Assembly: GCA_030704615.1 (NCBI GenBank)
Contig: CM060734.1
Span: 59,830,001 to 59,894,000, forward strand
DNA from: Takakia lepidozioides
Taxonomy: Eukaryota; Plantae; Bryophyta
Reading direction: 5' to 3'
Length of the DNA: 64,000 nucleotides
The translations under genes and the position numbers were made by a program. The first letter of the stretch is position 1. The number at the start of each line of letters is the position of its first letter. Shown piece after piece: positions 14,086-25,699 of this stretch. A model generated the notes under the pieces. The model made no database searches. It saw only the letters and a program-made list of their open reading frames with translations, and was not told where the DNA came from.

Positions 14086-14528
14086 ACTTATCACACTAGT
14101 TCCTATGCTCAATTGCGTCTGCTACTCTCTGTAATTCACCTTTTTGCCTCGATTGTCCCACCATTGACTGGGGTCAGAAAAGTATTCGTTCCACAGCTTC
14201 TCCTCATCTCTGTTACCTGTTTCTGGACCTGATTTTATCATTTGTGTCGCTGCTGCTGCGGCTTCCAGTTGAACATCTACCCATGCAGGTTTCTTGTAGC
14301 TGTCCTTCCACAGGGAATCATAGGTAATCTGGAGATTGAAATCCGGCCCTCTTGGATGAATCTGGACACACACTCTATCCCTGCTCCTTCAGCTATCCAT
14401 GCCTCTGCTCAAATCATGCATACATCCTTGCCTTGCTGCTAGCAACTGACAATGAAAGCCTCGAATTCTTCTAGCAAACACCCCAACCATACTTATCACA
14501 CTAGTTCCTATGCTGGCTTGCGTCTGCT
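14086..14528 (-). pseudogene. OSB-type PDF-motif exon fragment with flanking intron sequence
   Basis: IHPRGPDFNLQITYDSLWKDSYKKPAWV...EEKLWNEYFSDPSQWWDNRGKK followed by a GT donor. This is the WWDNR..K..P..PDF..LW..P.WV motif of organellar ssDNA-binding (OSB) proteins. A 38-bp intronic direct repeat lies at 14086-14123 and 14491-14528. Confidence 0.75.
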
Positions 14529-17500
14529 TCCAGTGCCTCACCTGGCCATATTGGCCTCTTCAACAATTCGGGGGATTCCTGCTGAGCTAGCCTTTCTATC
14601 ATCTTTGCTGCATAGTTAAGAAGACACATAGGTTTGGGTGGGGTGAAGAGAACAACAGCTGCTTTTCGATGAAGATCTGCCCTCTTCTCGGCAATCTGTG
14701 CCTTCCTATTTTTCCTCTCCTGACGTGCAGCCATTAAGGAGGTTGTACGGCCATGAGCTGGCGTCGATGGAGCTGGCCTCCTTGTGCAAATTGAGGGAAC
14801 ATCACTGCAGAAGGAAAAAAATACCATGGTCATGAGCCTTGCAAAGGGAACATGTTGGCCGGGCCATGGCAAGCAAGACAGCGCATCAGAATTGAGAAAT
14901 CTGCGCCGACTATCATGTTTTGAAGAAAGAAAACGAGAGGAACAGCAAACTTACTCACTCCAGTACATGGACATGCACAGGTTGGTCACCAGAATCCCGA
15001 AACCACTCATCAGGTGTCAAGTCCATTGGGGCCACGGGGTCAGGTGTAGCATGCATCTCACTTTGCAGGCCCTGCAGTTTCTCTCTCTACAAGCTCTCCA
15101 TCGCCTTCCAAGGCCAGCAAGTGGCGACCACAAACCCGTGCAGCCACCATGGATGCGCCACAGTTTGCAGTGAAGTCCACAATCTTGCCCCCAATGTCGG
15201 TCAACATCTCCATAAAAGTCTGTAGGAACATTGGGTTTTTTTCTCTGGCACCTCTGAACCAGGTCCCATCAGCTCTTGTGTACAGCCCGTCTTTGGTAAC
15301 ACAATTGCGCACAATGTCGGTGTCAACCGGATTGAAATCAGAATCCAGTTTCTTGGCATCGCGGCCAAGGTCGCAGGCATATGTCGGGCTCTTCAACAGC
15401 ATAAAAGCATAAAACACCCGAGTCTACACAGGAAACCCAATTGCCTCAGCACATGAACTGTAAGTCTGGGCCGACTTCATGAAAGCTGGACAAGGACATG
15501 GATGACATGCTGGAAAGTATTGGTAATAATTTCGTACTTTCCAGGCACCAGCCTTTGTCCGATATTGTTAAGCAGGAAAACAGGGGGCTAAGTTGGAAGT
15601 CTGTGCAGACTTCCCATACTGTTCTGGGAAGCCTGTGCCGACTTCCAAAACAAAACGTGGACTGCGGCGTTGTTCAAACTGCTCAGCATAACTCACTGTT
15701 AAATGAAAAAACCACTAGTGGACGTGGGAACATGTAGGAGGCACTTATGAATTCAATGGGAACAGGGCTGGGAATTTGGGAAGTCTGTGCAGACTTCCTA
15801 CATTGACAGGGAATGGAACATGATGAACGATTCAAGGAGGTGGTGTTTTGGGCTACCTGTGGCTGCTGCTCGTCGCCTGTCAGGAGCGGGAGGGAATTCA
15901 TGCAGGTCCACTTCCTCTTCACAAAATGAAACGGCGCATTGTTCGCTATCCGTCGAAGGTCCATCTCCGTCTTGCCGTCACCCTTGCAGAAAATGAGGAG
16001 TCGCCCCACATCATCCATGATTGCATTTGCCAACGATATGGCAGAGTTGATGTGAGAAAACTTCCGAACATTCCAATCTGGCACAACACCCTCTGCTCCA
16101 CAATTATGCACCATCTGCCCATCTGGGATATCCACAATGACGAGGTCAACGCCTTCCTTCATGGAGGGTTCGGATACCCCCCCACGCACAGGCTCCCTCC
16201 TCTTCTTGTGGCGCTCAATGAAGGCATCTACCATTGCCCTCTTCGGTGGCCACCTCTTCATGGTGGATTCGATTGCCAGCCGCTGCTCAACAAGTGCGAA
16301 GCTGTCACAGTGGATGCATTTCACCTCACAAGTCGGCACAGACTTCTGCAGTGGACGCGCCTCAAACAAGGATTGCTTTATGGCTAAGGGCAATGTCGTT
16401 GACTTAGGTACTCTGGTAGTAGCCCCCGGAAAAATCAGACTTCGGCTGGGGCCACGGCGTGCGTTTGCTAGGTCCATTCCACCCAGATGCTCGGTGATCC
16501 CCATTCTGCCATGCTGTTGAACCTGTTCACCTTCCACCACCTGCACGTCCTCTGTCTCATCCGCCCCTTCCTGGCTTTTCTCCGTCTGGCCTCTGCCTTG
16601 TTTGGCAGGAGATGACTACTCGCCGACTCTCTGAGCCTTAATCTTTGGCTTCTGCTTCCTGGTGCGGCCCTTTTTTGATGCTGCCTCCGCCGCAAGGGCC
16701 TCCGTGGTGTGCTCAAGATGAGCGACAGCGGCATTGTGGGCTTCTGCCGCAGCGGTCTCGCTGGCAGGTTGTCCGGGTGGAGGTGGTATTTCTTCACCTA
16801 AAGCAAGCGTCTTACATGCTTCTGCCTCCTCCACAGGGATGAAGTTCGGTGGGCAGTCCAACCACCAATAACATTGCAAATGGGAGGACCGCACGTACTC
16901 TGTAATCTGCTTGCGATTGTACATGGTGCACTCAGACCGTGTACCTGCCCACTGAGAAACCATCGCCGGAATAGCCTGAATGTGTTTGTTGGGCAAAAGG
17001 TAGAAGTTGATGTACCTAAAAAAGTGAGGCATTTCAGATTCAGAAATCGGCACAGACTATTGCCATTGTCAGCATCCTGTCGGGAAATCTGTGCAGACTT
17101 CCCAACTACCACGTCTTGAAATACAACACAGGGTTTGCATTGTCATACCTGTACACAAGTCGATGTGCAAGTTGCATCCCCCCTGGCTTCTCTAGGACAC
17201 CCCAGCTCCTGCGTGGGCCCTCCACCATCTCGCAGTGGAAAAGCTCGTTCCAGTACCCGACCATAAAATGCTCAATCCACCTAAGCAATCCCTTCATGTT
17301 CTCTGTCTGACGCACCGCCAAAATCTTTGCCTTGATTAGAGAGGCCAGTTCCCTCTCCACCGCTTGCATTTGCTGCAACAAACAAGGATTGTCAACATGG
17401 CCCTAAAATATCCACCAGACAATCAGATTACATGCAAAGCCACTGCAAGTCTGTGCCGACTTCCCAAACTGCATATACACGTGGAGATGAACAGAGTACC

Positions 17501-19424
17501 TGCCACCACCAAGTGGCCTTGTCCACCCAATCACTGAATTCCTTGTCCGTTGGTGACACCGGGAAGATTCTCCTGTTGGCCGGCGGCAAATTCCATAGTT
17601 TCAACCACCCAATCTTTGCCTCCGCAGAAACGAGGCTGGTGGCAACCATCTGAAGTTTCTCAAGAGTCATCTCCGCTCTATCCAGGGCGCGCAACTTGTT
17701 GTAGTATGTTGTTATCTCAAAAAAGAACCCGTTGCCAAGGGCTGGATCACAGATAGAATTGTACTTGGCAATCTTTGAGTGCCATTTAGTTTTACACACT
17801 GCCAGATTTGCATCAAGAGCTGATTCCACAATCTCTGCATTCTCCGGGGTGTTGGAAAGGTGGGAATACTCCGCTAGTGTATCATCTGTTATCTCCCAGA
17901 ATGACTCCTGTGCCATGAACTCCACAAGGCCCTCCCGTGTCAATGTCATCCAATTTGTGTCTCGTTTGTTGAGGCACTTGAGGTACACCTCATCGGATAG
18001 TGAATTCTTGTACTGCTCGATTGGAGTTGTTGCACATAGTTGGAAATAGTAAAGCTTGTGTGCCAGGTCGGACTTGACATTGCCCTCTTCTGTCACCCTG
18101 CATAACAACACTGGAGTAAGCTACACAGAGAGAACAAGGTGAGGAATGGGTAGTCGTTGCAGACTTCCCATACTATGGCAGTCCACGAAAGTGAAAAAAC
18201 AACATTACATGCAGAGCCATAGCAAGACCTGGGAAGTCGGTCCAGACTACTCACTGCCATTGCATAGCTCTGACTGGGTAGTTGGCACAGACTACTCACT
18301 CTCATGCCAGACCACATATTGGGTAGTCAGCATGGACTACCCGAGCAGAGAAGCTCACCATCAAACAGAATAAAATAGCATTGCATCAAACACAGCATGT
18401 TACAGAAAGCAACTGCAAAAGTCGGCACAGACTCCTCAGCACTGTCACTTCGCATGGGAAATCGGCACCGACTCCCCGCATCCTGCAGTCGGAGTAATCG
18501 CCAAGAAATGTTTGCGAATGTGAGCAGAACACTATAGGACTGACGATAGAAACAATGCTCATATGAGCAGACTATGAAGAAACGTGAGCAGTCTTACACG
18601 TTCATGCGATTCATGGCCCTTCTGACCAAAGCGATGTCCTGTTGTTTCACATCCAAAATCTTCGCATCGACTGCATAGTACCATTCGGGGTCGTCGGCAT
18701 GCTGCTCTGTTATCACATCCATCCACGCCAAGTAGCGGTGGTTGCCGCCATAGATATACAACCATTGGTTGCTCAAGAATTCCCAGGTGGTGCCCTTGAT
18801 GGCCTCCTCAAAGCAGCGGTCCTCCTCCTGCCAATGCATGTCCCAGGTCGCTCTATCCTCAGCCGTGATGGTGGAAGCCACTCCTGCGGTGTTGTTCATT
18901 GCAAGCAGAAAGGACACAAGGGCTCCCTAAAAAAAAAGCTTCAGCTTCTCTACCCCGGGTCTTTCAGCTCGCTGAACAGCGGGTAGCGTCCTCATCCTGC
19001 ACAGGGGAACACGTGGAGGGTGGCCTTTTCGGAGAAGATGGGAAATGGAGATGTAGGTGTGGTTGAGGGCGCTATCTCTCAATGTCTTTAGAGCTATCTG
19101 CCATCTCTCTGCAGTGAGCACCACATCTACGCCAGGCCCTGGTGGACCCATGGCATGCTGACCCCTGTGCGAGCTCCCTGCTCTCGGCGACGAGCGGTTT
19201 GATACCGACATGGGCGAGCGATCTGATTTCTGCTGCCGAGAGGAGGATGGGGCGGAGGCGTCTGCAGATCCAGATTGCCCTTTTGTGGTGTTCCCCTGCG
19301 CCTTCCCTCGCCCGCGCGCCTGCTCGCTGCTCTGCGAACTGGAAACAATGGTGCGGGTCCTCAGCACCATCTGCGAGGGTCTCTCAAGCTGAAAGTCGGG
19401 GTCGTCCTCACCAATAGCCTCCAT
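14529..19424 (-). pseudogene. Six-exon ParB/Srx-like + N4C/N6A DNA-methyltransferase-like fusion gene (2 in-frame TAGs, 1 frameshift)
   Basis: Phase-consistent GT-AG model: exons 19424-18598, 18097-17500, 17372-17149, 17015-15857, 15423-14959, 14804-~14529. ParB-like GGNHRYLA at 18726-18749. Motif-IV-like VDLVIVDIPDG at 16118-16150 followed by IMDDVGRLLIFC. Motif-I region REKNP..LQTFMEMLTDIGGKIVDFTANCGASMVAARVCGRHLLALEGD at ~15100-15250. TAG stops at 18927-18929 and 16616-16618; frameshift near 15085. Start codon tentative. Confidence 0.75.
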
Positions 19425-19883
19425 GGTTGCTGAAAAAACCGGGAGCGCCTCTCCAAAAGCGTTGCGACGTACTGCTGCAATCCACGGAGGGGCAGAAGGC
19501 GTGGGCAGACTGAGCGATGAAGCGAAGAGGCGGTTTGGCGGAAGACGAGAAAGTGGCGGCTTGGTGGAAGTCACTTCACCGCGACGCTTTTGGAAGACAT
19601 TTCGAAGATGCGCCACTAACATCGCAGGCCCTAACGGGTGCCTAATCGACACGTGCGCTGCCTGAAAGGTCGTAGTCATCACCTGAAAACGCACAATTTC
19701 CGGCAAGTCTGCACAGACTTCCCGGCACTTCAATCCCCAACGCGTGACCACACGACACGTGCAGTGCCGCAAAACGTCACACGTAGCGTCTGAATGTGGA
19801 ATTTTGTGGCAAGTCTGTGCAGACTTGCCAGTGATGTCTGCCTGATAATGATGTGTCCGGGAAGTCTGCCCAGACTTCCCGGA
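15459..19883. repeat. Dispersed array of at least 17 copies of the 22-bp palindrome GGGAAGTCTG-NN-CAGACTTCCC
   Basis: Copies start at about 15459, 15594, 15626, 15778, 16327, 17041, 17082, 17444, 18148, 18231, 18276, 18321, 18416, 18456, 19702, 19808 and 19859. Example: tccgggaagtctg cc cagacttcccgga at 19856-19883. Confidence 0.9.
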
Positions 19884-19893
19884 TTATGTCCGC

Positions 19894-21677
19894 CTTTTGC
19901 AAACCATACTTGCGCAAACCCCTCTTCACTATCTGAACCACTCTCTCTGCCAAGCCATCGGCCTCAGGATGATCTCGAGAAGTGGTATGGTGGTCTATCA
20001 AGGCTTTATCACACAAAGCCTGAAACTCCCCCAAGAACTCTCTCCCTTGGTCCATGAGTACCTCAGCTGGAGCACCGAAACGGCTAAGCACACGATCCAG
20101 GAATGCATACGCAGCCCCCTCACTAGCCTTGTCAGGCAATAGAACCAACTCAATCCACTTGGAGAAGTGCTCCACCATCACCAACACATATCTGTGGTGG
20201 CGCATCGTCAGTGGCAACGGCCCTGTGAAGTCAAGACTCCACCTGTAGCCCAATCCCATGATGGGTAATGGATGCAATTGTGGTGTAAGGGCATTGAATG
20301 AAACACGTACCCTGTCACACACCATGCACCTAGCCACAAACTGTTGCACCTCTGTGTGCATACCATGCCACCAATACTGCCCCTGCAGTAAACTATGAGT
20401 GCGTCGCACTCCAAAATGCCCCTACTCCTCATGGGCATGCCACACTAACCGTGCACGCTGTGTTGGGTGAGGCACAATCCTCACCCGACCATCCTCCCAT
20501 ACTTGAAGTAGGTGTATCCCCTCCCACTTGAACCTCTTGGCTTGTTGCAGGATCCGATCCCTCTCCTTGGCAGTCACACTAGCTGTCGTGTCTCCAGTGC
20601 GGAGGTAGTCCAACACAACCGAATCCTCATGTATATCTCTGGCACCACTTGGCTCATCACTAGCCTCAGGGTCCTCAGACGCTTCGTCTACAGTCATCCG
20701 GCCTGTTGTAGGTCCAACCTGACCTCCCGATGCCAAGATACACAAAAAGGCAGATGCATGCCATCCCGGCACCATCTCCTCGTCCGTCTCACCATGCCAC
20801 CGAGCCCCAGTGTCATCCTGCTGGCTCGTGCATGGATTGCGACTCAATCCATCCGCATCCCTATTGACCAAACCTGATCGATGCACAACCTGAAAGTCAT
20901 ACTCTTGGAGTATAAGTGCCTACCGTGCAAGCTTCCCCGTAAGCTTGTCTGACTCCATCAACCACTTGAGTGGCTGGTGATCCGTGACAAGGGTGAAGAG
21001 ATTGCCGTATAGATAGCACCTGAAGTGTGCCACGGCCCACACTGCAGCTAAGCACTCCCCCTCATATGAGCTATACTTAGACTTTGCAGCGTTGTTCGAG
21101 CGGCTAGCATAAGCCACTACGAACTCTCTTCCCTCATCATCCACCTATGTGAGCACCGCTCCAAGCCCCAGCATGCTCCAATCTGTATGCAGCTGAAAGG
21201 GACGCCCCCTGATAGGTCGTCTCAAGATGGGCGCCGAGGTCAACCTCGCTTTGAGCTCCTGAAAAGTTCGCTCTTGCTCATCTTCCCACTGCCACTCCAG
21301 GTCTACCTTGGTCAGCTTGGTTAGAGCCTTTGCAATAGCACTAAATCCCTTGACAAACCGTCTATAGTAGTTTGCCAACCCCATGAAAGCTCGAACTTGG
21401 CTCACATCCGTAGGGCGTGGAATCTGTGCAATGGCCTCTACCTTAGTCTGCTGCACCCCCAATCCTCCAGGATATATCATGTGGCCCAGATACTCAATCT
21501 GATTGTGGAAGAACTTGCACTTCCCCGGATGTAATTTCAATCCGTGCGCTCTCAAGCGCTCAAACACCACCTGAAGGTGTCTCTCGTGCTCCTCCACCGT
21601 AGCACTAAAGATGATGATGTCATTTATGTAGCACCGAGCAAAGTCTACTCCTGCTAGAATCCTGTCCATGACTCTTT
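19894..21677 (-). mobile_element. Ty3/gypsy pol, downstream half (RT C-terminus, RNase H, integrase; truncated in integrase)
   Basis: RVMDRIL...CYINDIIIFS (YIDD mutated). RNase H LHTDWS...AYASRSNN...YEGECLA. Integrase H-H-C-C region and core WSLDFTG...DQGREF...DGLAER. In-frame TAGs at 21145, 20920 and 20422. Sequence stops matching integrase after LRKYGLQK at ~19894. Confidence 0.92.
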
Positions 21678-21789
21678 CACTACAAGAGATGAGCGTTTTT
21701 AGGACTACGGATTTGGCGGAGTCATAAAAACGTGTGAGCTCGCTGTTTTTGGGAGAGAGACGAGACGAGGAGACACTAGCCGTTCTTGG

Positions 21790-23115
21790 GAGAGTCAGCT
21801 TGGTCTTAGCAGGCCGTGTTTCAATCTATGCCTGCTCAGCTGCACCGTGGTGGTTCGATCTCACATACCAATCCAACATTACCTGACTACAGATACAAGC
21901 AGCACACACAAGGGGTCCTTTTGGGCTGATGGTCGGTCAAATCCTCTATGGGTCATGATACAAGGTAAAGGCCAATGTGGTGAGGATACCTTCTTCTTTG
22001 ACCTATTTCAGCCTGTTTTGCTCTGTTTGGCAACATGAAAGTATCCAAAAACAGGTAATAGAGATGAGGAGGAGCTTTGGAATGAACACTTTTCCGACCC
22101 CAGTCAATGGCGAGACAATGGAGACAAAAAGGTGAATGCATGTTGGACTACACTAGAGAGAAGTAGATGCAATTTAGAATTAGAACTACTGTAATAATTA
22201 GGGTTGGGGTTTGTTGGAAGAACTTCACGCCGTCAGTGTCAGCTGCTAGCAGCAAGTATTCATGATTTGTACACAGACAGGGGTAGCTAAAGGACCAGGG
22301 ATAGAGGTCCAGGTTATCCAAGAGGGCCGGATTTCAAACACAAGATTAGTTCTGATTCCCCGTGGATCAATAGCTACAAGAAATCTGCTAATGAGAAAAT
22401 GGTCTGCTAATGAAAGCATGTTTTTCAACACATTTCACCCTGTTTTTCCCTCTTATCAGAATCGGCCCTAAATTTCCATGTTGAATTCTGCAAGTTAGTT
22501 GGTTTAGTGAACCTGGGATAGTTTGGAGTGACTTTGATATGATATTGCCAATGTGACAACAGGAAAGTATCCAAAAGAGGTAACAAAGATGAGGAGAAGC
22601 TTTGGAATGAATACTTTTCTGACCCCAGTCAATGGTGGGACAACCAAGGCAAAAATGTGAATACCTGTCAGATTACCAGATGTCATTTTGAACACTGCCC
22701 CTGCCTTGGTGGACATGTATGTCAAATGTGGGTGCATCGAGGATGCAAAGGGAGTGTTCAACACTATGGCTGAACGAGATGTGGTGTCATGGACTGCGAT
22801 GTTTGCAGGGTATGCACAACATGGGCGTGGGATGGAGGCTTTGAAGACCTATGAGCAAATTATGAGGGAAGGGATACTGAAGCCCGACCACATAACTTGT
22901 GTATGTGTTTGCAATGCATGTGCAAGCCTGGCAGCCCTGGAAAAGGGCAGAAGGTCTATGGTTGCATCGTCAAAGCTGCAAATGTACCAGATGTCATTTT
23001 GAATACTCCCCTGGTGGACAATATGTATGCCAAATGTAGGTGTAGCAAGGATGCAAAGGGAGTGTTCAACAACATGGCTGAACAAGATGTGGTGTCTTGG
23101 AGTACCATGATGACC
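21790..23115 (+). pseudogene. Captured PDF-motif and PPR gene fragments inside the CACTA
   Basis: EEELWNEHFSDPSQW (~22065), PRGPDF-like (~22320), EEKLWNEYFSDPSQWWDNQGK (~22590), then PPR repeats ALVDMYVKCGCIEDAKGVFNTMAERDVVSWTAMFAGYAQHGRG (22688-23110) with frameshifts. Confidence 0.85.
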
Positions 23116-23281
23116 ACCTTCCCCGGTGACTCTCTCTCTCTCCCTCTCTCTCCCTCTCTCCAACTACTTGTTTGGGATTATCAATTTTTTGGAAATACTA
23201 TATATTTTTAATCCCAATTTTTAAGGTTTCATCCATACTGAATGAAATTTCTGTTATAACCATAACTGGATGATTTATAGG

Positions 23282-24436
23282 TGTTAGAGGACTGTAGGGG
23301 ACTTAGACACTTATACGGGATCTGTAGGGTACCCTTAATTTTTGCACAGACTGAGACCAACAGGAGCCTTAGGGGTGACAGCAGCGCACTGTAGAGGGGG
23401 GTTACATAGCCCACACAGCCGACACAGCAGTCACAGTCCACACAGACGACACAGCAGTCACAGGCCACACAGCCAACACAGCCCGTCAGTGTCGTCACAG
23501 CCCACACAGCCCGTCACAGTCGTCACAGCCCACACAGCCCACACAGCCCACACAGCCCGTCACAGTCGTCACAGCAGACACAGCCGACACAGCAGTCACA
23601 GCCCACACAGCCGACACAGCAGTCACAGGCCACACAGCCAACACAGCCCGTCACAGTCGTCACAGCCCACACAGCCCACACAGCCCGTCACAGTCGTCAC
23701 AGCAGACACAGCCCACACAGCCAGTCACAGCCCGGCACAGCCACACAGCCAGTCACAGCCCGACACAGCCAAACACAGCCAGTCACCGCTTGACACAGCT
23801 GTCACGATAATAGGGAACGAAGAGTATGACAGGGAACGACTGTGGGGAACAACACCTGTGAAGGGAACATGTTAGTTCACATACGACGGTTAGAGAGGGA
23901 AACGGTTAGAACCGCGGATAGGAGGATAAAGGGAGAAACGGGGAATGAAGGGGGATCATCATTATTCGGAGGGGGACTTCGGAGTCAGGCAGGAGCGGAG
24001 ATCGGAGGCAAGAGATGGAGAGCACGATGAAGGAGGAGAGATGATTAGTAGATGCTTGTTATATGCAAAGCTGTAGTGATATTGGAGAGCAGATTAGAGA
24101 CATAATGACTTCGGCCTGATACCTGATAAATCATAATCTGATACTTATACGATACAATCACACTGTGTAGAGAGATCTGAGAGAAGCTGTGGATTGAATG
24201 GATGAGTGAAGGAAACCGATAGATTGATGAAGCAAACTGATACTTAATTATCAATGCCAAAGGTAGCTAAGATGAATGCGAAAAGGGAAACGCATAGGAA
24301 ACACCCCATGATACACTAGCTGTAGGTCATGACTGATTGTTCTGCGCGGGCTGAGTACTTAGAGATTTCCAACTCTTCTATCTTGGAGTTTCCGCCTCGG
24401 ATAGCGAAGGGATGGGTGAGTAAAAGCCGCGCGACA
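23282..24436 (+). repeat. 5' LTR (1155 bp), containing a CACAG-rich tandem array at ~23405-23805
   Basis: Begins tgttagaggactgtagggg and ends aaagccgcgcgaca; near-identical to 35696-36892. Confidence 0.97.
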
Positions 24437-24438
24437 TT

Positions 24439-24456
24439 TGGCGACCATACTGGGGA
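24439..24456 (+). promoter_or_regulatory. Primer-binding site, tRNA-Arg-like
   Basis: TGGCGACCATACTGGGGA starts 2 nt after the 5' LTR and resembles TGGCGAC...-type tRNA-Arg PBSs of OTA-clade gypsy elements. The tRNA identity is inferred. Confidence 0.75.
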
Positions 24457-25699
24457 CCTGGGACATGAACAACCAGATGTGACAGGCATCTGGTGGGATC
24501 ATGGTGGTTGGACCATTAAAGAATTTGAAGTGAATCAAATTCCCTGTGGAACGAAGGAAGAAAGATTGTCCAAACAATTCTTTCAAAGGTTCTTGGAATT
24601 GCCAGACGGATGTAAAGAAAATATTCTTAAACGAGTGCATGATGCTGATCCAGAATGGGGTCTGGAGAAAGGAGTGATAAAGATTTATCAGGTAGCCTGT
24701 AGAGGAAGAGCACGTTGGTTACCAACATTAGTTTATGTGATAGCGTTGCTATCCATTAAACGAGTAGAGTTTGAAGGCTGGGAAGAAAGAAAGGTGAATG
24801 TTTATACTCATATGCATGAAGAGCTTGTACTGGTAAAGAATTGGATTCCAAAGGATATTTTGTGGATCAAACTCACACCAAGAACAGCTTTTCAGACTTG
24901 TTTGCCATATGGTTATATGGTAACGGAGACTTCAAGTATAGCCAAGGGTGCATTGAAGCTTGAAAGAAACCCAGGCATATACGAGAGATATTACAGAAGA
25001 GAGTTTTGGTTATTGCCACATTAAAAGAAATGAAAGACATGGGACATGAGTGATGAAAGAGAAGCTAGACGACAAGATATTCATCAAAAAGAGAAAGCTA
25101 TCTGAAAGCTAATTATCCATATCTTTGGGAGAGAGGAATAGACATAGGGGAATCATCTGGACCTCTCACACCATCAAGATCAAAAAGTGCATCACCTATA
25201 CCGGAAGAACTAGAGTTGGATGCCACTCCTTCTGTTTCTTTGCAAGAAAGATTAAGGGAATTGGTACAGGAAGAAGATCAATCACGAGGTGAAAGATCTG
25301 AGGTACATCCTTGGATAAAAGACTTGACAGAAATCTTTGATAAGAGTTGGCATGGAACACCAAAAGCAGAACTCCAGTTTCTGAAGCAGAAGATGAAGAA
25401 GGAGAAGAGGATGTGGCAGAGCCAACGGAGAGTTCAGACTCTCCAACACCATTACAGTTGAGTTACATGAGTGAAGAAGAAACCCAAGGGCAGAACTTGG
25501 AGGATGAAAACAGAGAGAAGAAATTAGAAGAGGAAGAATATGAAGAAGTAGACCCAACAGCTGAGGTTGAGACTACAACCAGGACATCCCAACCCGTTGG
25601 ACCTGGATCAAGTGGAGCACTTGGATCACAGGCCAACGAAGGTGTCGGCTCAGGGGATCAGGCGGGCTGCCTGGATCTGGCTCTGGGGGGACAGGGAGT

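Noticed and set aside
14086-14528. 38-bp direct repeat containing CTAG as Helitron 3' ends or a long TSD
   Set aside because: There is no convincing hairpin, and a homologous sequence occurs in the PDF intron at ~22150-22200, so it is duplicated intron sequence.
15459-19883. Palindromes as a CRISPR-like repeat-spacer array
   Set aside because: Spacing is irregular (10 bp to >1 kb) and the intervening DNA is exons and introns.
14529-21677. ParB-MTase gene as regular cargo of the adjacent gypsy retrotransposon
   Set aside because: The gene keeps five sense-strand introns, the integrase is truncated at the junction, and no PPT or LTR follows the gene.
23342-23875. His/Ser-rich ORFs (also 35756-36265)
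   Set aside because: They are translations of the stop-free CACAG array inside the LTRs.
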